A stretch of DNA of 64,000 nt from Gammaproteobacteria bacterium (GCA_965238175.1 CBDEGZ010000003.1:480001-544000), one strand, 5' to 3'; positions 1-10,176 are shown, counted from the stretch's first letter. Notes: generated by a model not told the origin, from the letters alone. Translations and numbers: made by a program.

Positions 1-1412
1 AAGTAAGTAAACACTTACAGGTTGCAGATAAACAAACCGTAGAAGCAGCAGTAGCAGCCGCAGAAGCAGCATTTCCTGAATGGCGAAATACACCTGCGAT
101 CAAGCGTGCACGAATTATGTTTCGCTTCAAAGAATTACTTGAAAAGAATGCTGAAAATATCTGCCAGCTTATTGGAGAAGAGCATGGAAAAATTTCTCAT
201 GATGCTATGGGCGAATTACAAAGAGGTATCGAGAATGTTGAATATGCGTGTTCGGCACCTGAGTTATTAAAAGGTGAACATAGTAAAAATGTTGGGCCAC
301 AAATAGATTGTTGGAATGAGTTTCAACCACTAGGAATTGTCGCTGGGATTACACCATTTAATTTTCCTGCAATGGTACCAATGTGGATGTTTCCATTAGC
401 GATCGTCTGCGGTAATTGTTTTGTGTTGAAACCCTCAGAACGAGATCCAAGTTCTACCTTATACATAGTCCAATTACTTCATGAAGCGGGTTTGCCTAAG
501 GGCGTTATAAATGTTGTTAATGGCAATAAAGAGTCCGTGGATATTTTGTTGCAAGATGAACGGGTACAAGCGATCAGTTTTGTCGGGTCAACGCCGATTG
601 CGCAATATATTTACAGTACGGCAACCGCAAATGGTAAACGTTGCCAAGCATTGGGAGGCGCTAAAAATCACGCTATTGTTATGCCGGATGCGGATATCGA
701 TAATGCGGTTAATCAACTTGTTGGAGCAGCTTTTGGTTCCTGCGGAGAACGGTGCATGGCACTTTCTGTTGCCGTTGTTGTTGGCGATGATGTAGGTGAT
801 GCATTAGTTTCAAAAATGCAAGAAGCAATGAAATCATTGAAAGTTGGTGTTTACAGTGAAAGTAGTAATGATTTTGGTCCGCTGATCACTAAAGAGCATC
901 GTGATAAAGTCGCATCTTATATAGACAGTGCAGAACAACAAGGTGCATCAATTGTTGTTGATGGTCGTGATATGACTGTCACTGGATTTGAAGATGGTTT
1001 TTTCCTTGGTGGAACCCTGATCGATAATATAACGCCGGACATGGTTTCTTATAAAGAAGAAATTTTTGGTCCTGTTTTACAGATCGTCCGAGTTAAGACC
1101 ATGCAAGAAGCGATGGATCTGATCGACAACCACGAATATGGAAATGGCACTTGTATCTTCACGCGCGATGGTGAGGCTGCACGCTATTTTTCTGATCATA
1201 TTAAGGTTGGAATGGTGGGTATCAACATTCCCCTGCCCGTACCGGTTGCGTACCATAGTTTCGGTGGTTGGAAGAATTCTTTATTTGGAGACCTGTTTGC
1301 CTATGGTCCCGATGGTGTGCGTTTTTATACCCGAAGAAAAACCATTACCCAAAGATGGCCTTCAGCCGAAATACGCGAAGGTGCGCAATTCTCTATGCCA
1401 ACAATGAAGTAA
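1..1412 (+). CDS. mmsA: CoA-acylating methylmalonate-semialdehyde dehydrogenase (5' end outside window)
   Basis: Frame open from position 3; aldehyde dehydrogenase motifs GITPFNFP, LKPSE, FVGST, GGAKNH, CGERCMA (catalytic Cys), EEIFGP, PLPVP. Confidence 0.92.
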   Translation, partial: VSKHLQVADKQTVEAAVAAAEAAFPEWRNTPAIKRARIMFRFKELLEKNAENICQLIGEEHGKISHDAMGELQRGIENVEYACSAPELLKGEHSKNVGPQIDCWNEFQPLGIVAGITPFNFPAMVPMWMFPLAIVCGNCFVLKPSERDPSSTLYIVQLLHEAGLPKGVINVVNGNKESVDILLQDERVQAISFVGSTPIAQYIYSTATANGKRCQALGGAKNHAIVMPDADIDNAVNQLVGAAFGSCGERCMALSVAVVVGDDVGDALVSKMQEAMKSLKVGVYSESSNDFGPLITKEHRDKVASYIDSAEQQGASIVVDGRDMTVTGFEDGFFLGGTLIDNITPDMVSYKEEIFGPVLQIVRVKTMQEAMDLIDNHEYGNGTCIFTRDGEAARYFSDHIKVGMVGINIPLPVPVAYHSFGGWKNSLFGDLFAYGPDGVRFYTRRKTITQRWPSAEIREGAQFSMPTMK

Positions 1413-1444
1413 TTACCATTAAATAAGTCCGGGTAAAAACACGC

Positions 1445-1630
1445 ATGAGTATCTTCCAACTTTAGCTCGTCCATTTATGAGATTTATGGAACGCTATTAC
1501 CCAGGTTCATTTATATTCGTTATCAGCCTTTCAGTAATTGTTGCCAGTTTATGTTCGTGGTCATTTAATAATAGGTGCTATTGCCGCGCGCAGTGTCGAA
1601 TCGAGTGTGTTGAAAAGCTTGGAGTATAAG
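1445..1630 (+). pseudogene. Remnant of short-chain fatty acid transporter (AtoE-like), frameshifted with a large deletion
   Basis: Fragments LARPFMRFMERYYPGSFIFVISLS and VASLCSWS/LIIGAIAARSV resemble the AtoE N-terminus and a mid-protein helix, now juxtaposed; ATG at 1445 reaches a stop after 6 codons. Confidence 0.5.
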
Positions 1631-1732
1631 ACGAGTAGTTCCTTTGTTACAAATCTCTATCACCCTTTCCATTATGAAAACCAAAATGTTGATGCTACAC
1701 AAAAGAAAATGTAATTTTCATCTATAGAACTT

Positions 1733-2455
1733 TCACTTTTTCGACCACATCCAGATACCTGTAGCCGCAAGGATCAAAAATAAAATAGCGGCAGCATCAA
1801 ATATAAAAACACCAATATTTCCGAAAATACGACCGCTGTGCAAATCTAACAATAAACGTTCAATAGCCAGACCTTTTCCTCGATAGGCTTTTAATAATGC
1901 GCTCTTTAAAGGCTCGTTGATATCGAAGGGTTTAGACCAGTTTATCTTTTGATCAGTATTTTTTTGCCAGGTCAGGGAGTTAATTTCAACTTGGTAGTTA
2001 CCGTGTGTGCCCTGTACTATTAATTGAGCATCGGTAGATTGTCCGATCTGTTGTATACCAGTAGGAACACCTTCAGCACTCGCTAGAATCTCCAACAATT
2101 GACCCTGTTGATCTAATATCTGTATTTCTTCTGATGTAGCAACAATTACCAAACCTTCAATTTCCAATGCTCCAAGCAATTTTCCAGTGCTATCTTCGAG
2201 CTCTTGTTGATCAAAATAAAGTCTGTCACCGAGTGATGAAATATGGTGGTTTTTAGTAACGAAATTGAAAGGAGCCTCTGGCGGGGCAATGTTGTACCAG
2301 TTAAGGACAGCGGAACTGCTGATAAATTTTTGATCGAGTTGTAAACGTTCAGTGTGATTCAGCGCCAAACCTGTAATTGCGAGAATAACCACAAAAATCG
2401 CAGATAGAACGCCAATTCTGCGATGCCAACGCAGCAGTTTTGGATAGTGTTTCAT
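1733..2455 (-). CDS. PepSY-associated TM helix protein (putative di-heme b membrane electron-transfer protein)
   Basis: N-terminal WHRRIG...ITGLALNH and C-terminal LLDLHSGRIFG...TGIWMW motifs around a periplasmic domain. Confidence 0.85.
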   Translation of the reverse strand: MKHYPKLLRWHRRIGVLSAIFVVILAITGLALNHTERLQLDQKFISSSAVLNWYNIAPPEAPFNFVTKNHHISSLGDRLYFDQQELEDSTGKLLGALEIEGLVIVATSEEIQILDQQGQLLEILASAEGVPTGIQQIGQSTDAQLIVQGTHGNYQVEINSLTWQKNTDQKINWSKPFDINEPLKSALLKAYRGKGLAIERLLLDLHSGRIFGNIGVFIFDAAAILFLILAATGIWMWSKK

Positions 2456-2467
2456 TATGTAACCAAA

Positions 2468-3013
2468 TCATTTTAAGTCGTTTTCAACTACGTGATTATG
2501 AAGAACAATTGCGACTCTTGCGAGTTTTTTCATGGCGCGAACAGAAAGAGTAGCTCCGGAAATCCCATCAATAGACTTATTCAGGCCATAATCTTCATCA
2601 ATTCCAGCACCTTTAAATTGATCAGTGAAAAATGGATACTTCACTTCACTGCCACGACTTTCTCGATATTTTAAGACTTTTACCCGTTCAATTTTTCCGG
2701 CATTGACCACTAAACCGGTTGTGATCAGTTTTACTTTTCCAACTTCTTCAAGGATCCAAACTGTCCGATCATTTTCCTTCCAATAACTTAATCGACTACG
2801 TCGCATTTTATGGCCAAGAATATTTTTGATCTGTTTTTTTAGAACTTCATTCAGCCTTAAACGATGCAAGTCTGGAATACTGGAACTGAAGTTACTATTC
2901 ACAAAATCTTCAGGTTTTTGATAAACTTCTAATGCGAAAGTGGCAGGTGCAGCGATGCTGAAACCAATTAGCCATGCCGCAATAAAATTAAAATTTATTT
3001 TCATTTTAGTCAT
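2468..3013 (-). CDS. Exported FMN-binding domain protein (RnfG/NqrC-like flavinylation motif)
   Basis: Signal-peptide-like N-terminus; YRESRG and IDGISGATLS ([ST]GA[ST] flavinylation motif). Start more likely 3013 or 3004 than 3040, which lies in a hairpin. Confidence 0.85.
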   Translation of the reverse strand: MTKMKINFNFIAAWLIGFSIAAPATFALEVYQKPEDFVNSNFSSSIPDLHRLRLNEVLKKQIKNILGHKMRRSRLSYWKENDRTVWILEEVGKVKLITTGLVVNAGKIERVKVLKYRESRGSEVKYPFFTDQFKGAGIDEDYGLNKSIDGISGATLSVRAMKKLARVAIVLHNHVVENDLK

Positions 3014-3022
3014 ATATGCAAA

Positions 3023-3043
3023 GGGGTGACGTAAAGCCACCCC
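3023..3043 (-). terminator. Intergenic hairpin (weak terminator or mRNA stabiliser) between porin and FMN-binding gene
   Basis: Minus strand GGGGTGGC-TTTAC-GTCACCCC followed by TTTG. Confidence 0.55.
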
Positions 3044-3103
3044 GATTCTAGCTCAGGAGTTCCAGACAATAAGAATTCCATTGTTTTATTCATACTCATA
3101 AGT

Positions 3104-4348
3104 TTAAAACTGATAACCTATACCAAGGTTAAATCCATCATTGTCTCCAGCAGTATCATTCTCAAACTGGTAGTCAAACTTCAGTACTACATCCGCACTC
3201 GGCCAATAATTTAAACCTATATCAACCTGTTCATTATCATCGCCGCCGTTACCACCGGCCTTGTTGTTCCACTCTTGATATCGAACGAAGACACCAACCT
3301 CACCACGAGGTACCGCAAATTTATAAGACGGTTCGACATAGAAACCATCTTGTCGATCTGCACCAATCGCTTTAGGGCCTGTTAGCGTAGGGCCATCATC
3401 TAACCACCAACTTGCATAAAGTGCTCTTAGACCAAACCCGTTATGTTCATAATCAACATGTGCTTCAAGTAGGTTAGCGTCAATATCTTCATTGCCTTGC
3501 GTTATATCTAGCTGGTGTTGTGCTGTTACACCAATTTCCAGCCCTGGCATTCCTGTATATCGAATGCGCCCTGTCCATGCGCCATCTTCAGCTGGTGCTT
3601 CTGCAACTTTTCCACGCCCACTTCGAATACTGTATGAACTGGTTGGCGAGTCCAAACCGGAACTAAACATCACATCATATTTCCAACCTGGCGCTATATC
3701 ACCATTGAACCCGACACCCGCTTCCCACCAGGTGGAAGGAATAATATTTCTCTCTACATTATTTCTTTCTACACCATAAAAAGTGGGTGGTTCATGCGTT
3801 TCGTTTATTATCCCAACGGGTACTAGATAGAGACCGGCAAGTGCGTGATGATTTTCATTGATATCGTATTCTATAAAGGCCTGTTCAAGCTCTACTTCAC
3901 CTGGCTCACCATCTCCACTAAGCGCATGTTCAACTTCTAACTCTGAGAAGAACCTTAAATCATCAGCAAATTCATAGCCGAAGAACAACACAAAACGGTG
4001 GAAATCGACCTCCGCTTCCTCATCGTCAAGATTATTGTAATGGAGCTCACCATAACCACCGATGCTCACATTATCTGCAATTGAAGAACTACCTTCTTCA
4101 ACCGCTACGGCGACTTCTTCTTCGACTGTTTCTACCGCTTTTGTATTAGCGACAACCTTCTCTTCTGTTGCTTGTACTTTCTGTTCTGTATTTTCTAGCT
4201 GATTCTTAAGTGCGTTAATCATCTCTTGTTGTTGTTGGATAATCTTCCACATTTCTTCAGCCGTTGGCGGTTTTTCAGCTAAAGATGTTTGTGAAATCCC
4301 CAGCCCTAGTATTAGTAAGATGCTGGCAAGTTGTTGCCTTGTTTTCAT
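3104..4348 (-). CDS. Outer-membrane beta-barrel porin with N-terminal coiled coil
   Basis: Signal peptide, Gln/Glu-rich coiled coil, GGYGELHYN and DFHRFVLF segments, amphipathic strands, C-terminal GIGYQF signature. Confidence 0.85.
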   Translation of the reverse strand: MKTRQQLASILLILGLGISQTSLAEKPPTAEEMWKIIQQQQEMINALKNQLENTEQKVQATEEKVVANTKAVETVEEEVAVAVEEGSSSIADNVSIGGYGELHYNNLDDEEAEVDFHRFVLFFGYEFADDLRFFSELEVEHALSGDGEPGEVELEQAFIEYDINENHHALAGLYLVPVGIINETHEPPTFYGVERNNVERNIIPSTWWEAGVGFNGDIAPGWKYDVMFSSGLDSPTSSYSIRSGRGKVAEAPAEDGAWTGRIRYTGMPGLEIGVTAQHQLDITQGNEDIDANLLEAHVDYEHNGFGLRALYASWWLDDGPTLTGPKAIGADRQDGFYVEPSYKFAVPRGEVGVFVRYQEWNNKAGGNGGDDNEQVDIGLNYWPSADVVLKFDYQFENDTAGDNDGFNLGIGYQF

Positions 4349-4438
4349 AATGATCTCTCGATGTAAGGATTAAATTTGATAAGTGGAAACCACAAAATGC
4401 TGATCCACTACTTACTTTTCTGTTATGCGAACTATACA

Positions 4439-4458
4439 GCTAATGAGAATCATTATCA
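4439..4458. promoter_or_regulatory. Fur box 1
   Basis: GCTAATGAGAATCATTATC (4439-4457) matches consensus GATAATGATAATCATTATC at 17/19. Confidence 0.9.
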
Positions 4459-4489
4459 ACAGCATTGACGTTTTAGTTGTTTTGAGCTT

Positions 4490-4510
4490 AAATGATAATA
4501 ATTCTCATTT
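4490..4510. promoter_or_regulatory. Fur box 2 overlapping a putative -10 element
   Basis: AAATGATAATAATTCTCATTT; 7-1-7 core TGATAAT-A-ATTCTCA has one mismatch; TTGACG -35 at 4465-4470. Confidence 0.88.
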
Positions 4511-4522
4511 AAGGAGGTGGTT

Positions 4523-4861
4523 ATGAAATATGTTGTTGATGCACGATTGGAAAAAGGCCAACCACGATTACGCGTGCTTGATGCGGATACTGGTGTTGTC
4601 CATATGGAGTGGTCTCTAACAAGAGTAAGTCAAATGTTGGATGAAGGCGAAATAGATCCTAATGATTTTCTTCATCCGGAACGCTATGGGATGAGATTAC
4701 TACTAAAAAACTTGTTTCTACTCTCTTGTATAGAGAGTATGGCAAATAATGAAAACCGGGAAAAAGTGAGTAGATCTGATCAGGATTCAGAGAGGTGCTT
4801 ATTGACAGCTAGATCTAAAGATTCAGATTGGTATTTTTCTATTAACGTCAAACCGATTTAA
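4523..4861 (+). CDS. Hypothetical protein downstream of Fur boxes
   Basis: Strong AGGAGG SD at 4512-4517 before ATG 4523; 112 aa; no family recognised. Confidence 0.75.
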   Translation: MKYVVDARLEKGQPRLRVLDADTGVVHMEWSLTRVSQMLDEGEIDPNDFLHPERYGMRLLLKNLFLLSCIESMANNENREKVSRSDQDSERCLLTARSKDSDWYFSINVKPI

Positions 4862-4975
4862 ACATCCGAATTATCAGTTTATAAATAAGCTTGGTAAAAG
4901 CTCAGTTTGATCTATATGTAACTAACGGTATCATGCCGAGAAGAGTCACAAAATACAGACATCTCAGGAGATACT

Positions 4976-5503
4976 ATGCTCAGTAAGAACCTCACCGATT
5001 TATTGAATAAACAAATTAACCTGGAATTTTATTCTTCAAACCTATATTTACAAATGAGATCCTGGTGCGATGCAAACAGCCTGGATGGTTGTGCGCGTTT
5101 TTTACAACAGCATGCGGATGAAGAAATGCAGCATATGCGTCGCTTATTTAATTATGTAAATGAGACCGGCTCAATGGCATTAATTGGTTCTATTGATGCA
5201 CCTAAATCTGACTTTACTGATATCAAAGACATTTTTCAAGCCACTTATGAACACGAATGTTTGATTACAAAAGAGATCAATTCTTTAGTAAAAACAGCCT
5301 ACGATAGTAGCGATTTTTCAACATTCAATTTCCTACAGTGGTATGCAGCAGAACAGCACGAGGAAGAACATTTATTCAGCACCATTCTCGATAAAATCAA
5401 AATGATCGGAATAGAAGGGAAAGGTCTTTATTTTATCGATCAGGAAATTGGTGGAATTGCTGCTGAACGTATAAAAAATCCATCAGATACGCCTCCTGAA
5501 TAA
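4976..5503 (+). CDS. ftnA: Non-heme ferritin
   Basis: QINLEFYSSNLYLQM, EEMQH, YEHE, QWY..EQHEEE ferroxidase motifs; AGGAG SD. Confidence 0.95.
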   Translation: MLSKNLTDLLNKQINLEFYSSNLYLQMRSWCDANSLDGCARFLQQHADEEMQHMRRLFNYVNETGSMALIGSIDAPKSDFTDIKDIFQATYEHECLITKEINSLVKTAYDSSDFSTFNFLQWYAAEQHEEEHLFSTILDKIKMIGIEGKGLYFIDQEIGGIAAERIKNPSDTPPE

Positions 5504-5930
5504 AATATTCCTACCGATCTACTATAGATTTTCGCAAAATCTTCTTTTCTCAGACTGCAACAAGTTGTCGCTTCACAATTACTCTTGACCACCTCTGAGC
5601 AATATCAAAGGTTTTGAAGACACCCTACGTACACACCGTATGGATCTTATACCAAAGAGGTGTATTTTTGAGCGGTACAATCACCATGATCCGGCGAGAC
5701 CTCCGGAGACTTTTACACTATTTTCTAAAGGTAATACGGGTAGAATTTTTTAACTTCTAAAATTAATTTGATTTGAATCTGGCTGCCTCATAACCACAAT
5801 TGTCAGTAATATCTGTAAAGGATTCGTTACAAGTTTTTTGATCGTGCTGCTAAACACTATCATATCCCACTGTTATACTTGTACAGTTTAGTAAACGATA
5901 ATCAGTTGATTGATCAATATCTTATAAGCA

Positions 5931-7295
5931 ATGCTACATAACGAAGAACAGCGCACACATGAAATTCTAAAACTGCTTCAGGAGACGATGAACTCCGAGC
6001 AGGTGGACGATATTGCCTGGTTAAAAGAGGGTATTAAAGAGCTTCATCCTTCGGAAATTGCTGATCTGCTCGAAAGTTTACCTTCTAAAGATCGTGAACA
6101 CTTATGGGAACTGATCGGATCAGATCTGGAAGGTGAAGTCCTTTCGCATGCTCAGGATGGTGTTCGTTCTGGGCTACTCGAACAAATGCAACCGCATGAA
6201 GTTGCAGCAGCGACGGAAAATCTGGAAACCGATGATGCGACTGATATCATCCAGGATCTTGCCGAAGATGTTGTAGATGAAGTGCTTAGTTCGATGGATG
6301 AGCATAATCGTGCTCGTCTTGAAAAAGCGCTTTCTTATCCTGAGGACACGGCAGGTGGTTTGATGAATACACTGATGTTGTCAGTGTATGACAACGTCGA
6401 TTTAGGTGTCGTTATCCGCTACTTACGCATGAAAGGCGAAGTACCAGAAAAGTCTGATAGCTTGATTGTGGTTGATCGTAATAATCATTATCAGGGAATG
6501 CTACCTCTGGTAAAAATCCTTACCAGCAGGCCAGAAGAACAAGTTGCGGATGTGATGAATACTGATATCGAGGCCGTTTCTACCGATATGTCTGCTAATG
6601 AAATAGCGAAACTGTTCGAACAACGCGATCTTTATTCCGTTGCTGTGGTTGATGAAGAAAAGGTGCCGTTAGGACGTATTACTATTGACGACGTTGTCGA
6701 TGTTATTCGTGATCAAGGCGATCACTCCCTGATGAGTATGGCTGGATTGGACGAAGACGATGATATGTTTGCACCGATTTTCGTCAGTGCTCACCGTCGT
6801 GCTTTATGGCTGGGGATCAATCTAACCACAGCATTTCTTGCAGCCTGGGTGATCGGCCGATTCGCTGATACAATTGAACAACTTGTTGCACTTGCGGTGT
6901 TGATGCCGATCGTTGCTAGTATGGGAGGAATCGCGGGCAGTCAAACATTGACAATTGTGATCCGTGGTCTTGCAATGGGGCATCTTGGCCCAGCAAACTC
7001 ACGCGCACTTTTATTGAAAGAAATTGCTGTGGGTTTTCTCAATGGTATTTTATGGGCGACTGTTGTCGGGCTGATTTCAGCATTTTGGTTTAACAACCAA
7101 CAGTTAGGTATGGTGATCGCGGTAGCGATGGTGGTTAATTTATTTGTCGCAGCCTTTTTCGGCGCGGTTATTCCTCTTTGGTTGAAGAAAAGAGAAATTG
7201 ATCCTGCGCTTGCTGGAGGTGTTATGCTCACTACCGTAACCGATGTGATCGGGTTTCTAGTCTTTCTTGGGCTCGCCAGTGTCTTTCTTATGTAA
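5931..7295 (+). CDS. mgtE: Magnesium transporter MgtE
   Basis: YPEDTAGGLM, CBS pair, GRITIDDV, MPIVASMGG, DPALAGG, TTVTD. Confidence 0.96.
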   Translation: MLHNEEQRTHEILKLLQETMNSEQVDDIAWLKEGIKELHPSEIADLLESLPSKDREHLWELIGSDLEGEVLSHAQDGVRSGLLEQMQPHEVAAATENLETDDATDIIQDLAEDVVDEVLSSMDEHNRARLEKALSYPEDTAGGLMNTLMLSVYDNVDLGVVIRYLRMKGEVPEKSDSLIVVDRNNHYQGMLPLVKILTSRPEEQVADVMNTDIEAVSTDMSANEIAKLFEQRDLYSVAVVDEEKVPLGRITIDDVVDVIRDQGDHSLMSMAGLDEDDDMFAPIFVSAHRRALWLGINLTTAFLAAWVIGRFADTIEQLVALAVLMPIVASMGGIAGSQTLTIVIRGLAMGHLGPANSRALLLKEIAVGFLNGILWATVVGLISAFWFNNQQLGMVIAVAMVVNLFVAAFFGAVIPLWLKKREIDPALAGGVMLTTVTDVIGFLVFLGLASVFLM

Positions 7296-7319
7296 TCTAT
7301 TCGTAGTAAATTCTGCATT

Positions 7320-8705
7320 ATGACAAAGAAACTTTTTATCAAAACATTTGGCTGTCAGATGAATGAGTATGATTCATCTCAAATGGCCAACGTGCTTGGC
7401 GAGTCGCATGAGTTCGAAGTGACGGATAATCCTGCGGATGCGGATGTTCTGCTCGTCAACACCTGTTCGATCCGTGAAAGAGCGGAGGAAAAGTTATTTC
7501 ATCAGCTAGGTCGTTGGAACAAACTCAAAAAAAATAATCCAGATTTGCTGATCGGTGTTGGCGGTTGTGTCGCAAGTCAGGAAGGTGAAGCGATTTGGAA
7601 ACGGGCGCCATACGTCGATATGATTTTTGGGCCACAAACCATGCATCGACTGCCGAAAATGCTTGATGACGTAAAAGCGAAAAAGATATCCTTGGAACCA
7701 GCGGACAAGAAAAAAATGTCCAAGAGTCGGGTTATCGACATTAGCTTTCCCGAGATCGAAAAATTCGACAATCTGCCTGAAGCACGTGCCGAAGGGCCAA
7801 CAGCATTTGTTTCGATTATGGAAGGTTGTTCAAAATACTGTACTTATTGTGTTGTGCCTTACACGCGTGGTGAAGAATTTAGCCGACCATTCGATGATGT
7901 GATCACCGAAGTCGCAGATTTGGCTAGCCAAGGCGTGCGAGAAGTGAATCTATTGGGTCAAAATGTGAATGCTTATCGTGGTAATATGCACGATGGAAAT
8001 ATTGCAGATCTGGCCTTATTAATTCGCTATGTCGCAGCAATCGAGGGTATCGAACGGATCCGATTTACCACATCCCATCCAGTAGAATTTTCGGACAGTT
8101 TGATCGAAGTCTATGCCGATATACCTGAGCTGGTGAGTTTTTTACATCTACCAGTACAACATGGATCAGATCGAATTCTTGCCGCAATGAAACGTGGGCA
8201 TACGGCTTTGGAATATAAATCAAAAATCAGAAAACTACGCAAAGTACGACCTAACATTACAATTTCTTCTGATTTTATCGTTGGATTTCCAGGAGAAACC
8301 GATCAAGATTTTGCCCAGCTCATGGATTTGATCGCTGATATTGGTTTTGATCAATCTTATAGTTTTATTTACAGCAAACGACCGGGAACGCCGGCTTCAA
8401 ATCTTGCTGACGATACGCCTGAAGAGGTAAAAAAACAGCGTTTACAGATTTTACAAACGCGTATTCAACAACAAGCAAATGAGATCAGTCACAGTATGGT
8501 TGGTAATGTTGAAAAGGTACTGGTAGAAGGTAGTGCGAAGAAAGATCCCGCTCAAATTATGGGGCGGACAGAAAACAATCGAATTGTGAACTTCACAGGT
8601 GACCAAAGTTTGATCGGTCAATTGGTCGATGTTCGAATTACCGAAGCCTTACCAAATTCATTACGTGCAGAACTTGTTTCTGACGATCAAAAGTTGTCTG
8701 CTTAA
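7320..8705 (+). CDS. miaB: tRNA (ms2i6A37) methylthiotransferase
   Basis: [23 protein letters not shown], radical [12 protein letters not shown]-terminal TRAM domain. Confidence 0.97.
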   Translation: MTKKLFIKTFGCQMNEYDSSQMANVLGESHEFEVTDNPADADVLLVNTCSIRERAEEKLFHQLGRWNKLKKNNPDLLIGVGGCVASQEGEAIWKRAPYVDMIFGPQTMHRLPKMLDDVKAKKISLEPADKKKMSKSRVIDISFPEIEKFDNLPEARAEGPTAFVSIMEGCSKYCTYCVVPYTRGEEFSRPFDDVITEVADLASQGVREVNLLGQNVNAYRGNMHDGNIADLALLIRYVAAIEGIERIRFTTSHPVEFSDSLIEVYADIPELVSFLHLPVQHGSDRILAAMKRGHTALEYKSKIRKLRKVRPNITISSDFIVGFPGETDQDFAQLMDLIADIGFDQSYSFIYSKRPGTPASNLADDTPEEVKKQRLQILQTRIQQQANEISHSMVGNVEKVLVEGSAKKDPAQIMGRTENNRIVNFTGDQSLIGQLVDVRITEALPNSLRAELVSDDQKLSA

Positions 8706-9701
8706 TTGGCTACTAACCTTAACAGCCCTCAATCTTCCGTTATTGATATTGTTCTAGAGCCAGAGGATAATGAACGGTTGTCGAATCTTTGCGGACAGTT
8801 TGATGATCATCTTCGTCAGTTGGAACGTAGATTGGCCATTGAAATTAATCATCGTGGAAACAAATTTCATGTGGCAGGAGATTCTGATCCTGCCTCTGTA
8901 GCGGCTAAAATTATCCAGGATCTTTACGAAATATCAGAAGATACAGTGATTACCCCGGAAGTTATTCATCTTAACCTGCAAGAATCCGGCGTTAAAGAAT
9001 TGATCGAGGAGACTATTCCTGAACATGTAGCGATTAGAACTAAACGGATTTTGATCAAGCCGCGTGGTAAAAACCAACGCAGCTACGTGAGTAGCATCCA
9101 GCGTAATGATATCAACTTTGGAATTGGTCCGGCCGGTACAGGAAAAACTTATTTAGCGGTTGCCTGTGCTGTTGAGGCATTGGAGCGCGATCAAGCACGC
9201 AGAGTTATTTTGGTTCGTCCAGCAGTAGAGGCGGGTGAAAACTTGGGCTTTTTGCCCGGAGATCTGACACAAAAAGTTGATCCCTATTTACGTCCGCTTT
9301 ATGACGCGCTATATGAAATGTTGGGTTTTGAAAAAGTCGCAAAATTGATCGAGCGCAATGTTATTGAAGTTGCACCGCTCGCGTTTATGCGCGGGAGGAC
9401 ACTCAATGATGCCTTTATCATTCTTGATGAGGCACAAAACACGACGATTGAACAAATGAAAATGTTCCTGACTCGTACAGGTTATGGGGCAACGGCCGTT
9501 ATAACCGGTGACGTAACGCAAGTCGATTTACCGCGTGGTAAAAAATCTGGATTAAAACATGTTATTGATGTGTTGAAGGATGAGAAAGATATCAGTTTCA
9601 CTTTCTTCAATTCCAGCGATGTTGTTCGTCATCCACTGGTAAGCAGGATTCTTGATGCTTATGAAGCCTATGAACAAAAAGATAAAGACAATGATTCTTG
9701 A
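8706..9701 (+). CDS. phoH: PhoH-like ATPase (YbeZ)
   Basis: GPAGTGKT, RPAVEAGE, LGFLPGD, MRGRT, DEAQN, VVRHPLV. Confidence 0.95.
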   Translation: MATNLNSPQSSVIDIVLEPEDNERLSNLCGQFDDHLRQLERRLAIEINHRGNKFHVAGDSDPASVAAKIIQDLYEISEDTVITPEVIHLNLQESGVKELIEETIPEHVAIRTKRILIKPRGKNQRSYVSSIQRNDINFGIGPAGTGKTYLAVACAVEALERDQARRVILVRPAVEAGENLGFLPGDLTQKVDPYLRPLYDALYEMLGFEKVAKLIERNVIEVAPLAFMRGRTLNDAFIILDEAQNTTIEQMKMFLTRTGYGATAVITGDVTQVDLPRGKKSGLKHVIDVLKDEKDISFTFFNSSDVVRHPLVSRILDAYEAYEQKDKDNDS

Positions 9702-10176
9702 GTTAGATGTACAACGGGTGATGAATGTTCAGGATATTCCCCAAGATATTCCTGAGAATGATCAATTCGAGTCTTGGACTAAAATAGCTTTAATAGCAGG
9801 TGGCCGAGATGTTGATTCACAACTCGCTATTCGGATTGTCGATGAAGAAGAAGGCCAAAAATTAAATGAACAATGGCGGCATAAACAAGGCCCAACGAAT
9901 GTATTATCATTTTCGATGTCGGGTTTGGATTTGATCGCGCCAGAATTGTTAGGTGACATTGTGATCTGCGCACCTATCATTAAAAAGGAAGCTCAAGAGC
10001 AATCAAAATCACTACAAAGTCATTGGGCACATATGGTTATACATGGCGTTTTGCATCTTTTAGGCTATGATCATACTATTGATTCCGAAGCGGAAAAAAT
10101 GGAAATGCTGGAAATGAAAATAATGGCTCAACTTGGTTATTCTGATCCATACCAACCTGCTGTTAAAACAACATGA
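9691..10176 (+). CDS. ybeY: rRNA maturation endoribonuclease YbeY
   Basis: TNVLSF, LGDIVIC, HGVLHLLGYDH zinc motif; likely start 9691. Confidence 0.96.
   Translation: MILELDVQRVMNVQDIPQDIPENDQFESWTKIALIAGGRDVDSQLAIRIVDEEEGQKLNEQWRHKQGPTNVLSFSMSGLDLIAPELLGDIVICAPIIKKEAQEQSKSLQSHWAHMVIHGVLHLLGYDHTIDSEAEKMEMLEMKIMAQLGYSDPYQPAVKTT

Noticed and set aside
5520-5900. Riboswitch or leader upstream of mgtE, or an identifiable pseudogene
   Set aside because: No M-box or leader-peptide features recognised; minus-strand fragments could not be assigned to a family.
7670-7730. Lys-rich extra segment in MiaB as another micro-insertion
   Set aside because: Lies in a variable interdomain linker, has only weak inverted repeats and lacks the TACCC/CCGAAG motifs.
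9730-9753. QDIP-QDIP duplication in ybeY
   Set aside because: Simple imperfect 12-bp tandem duplication in a variable N-terminal region.
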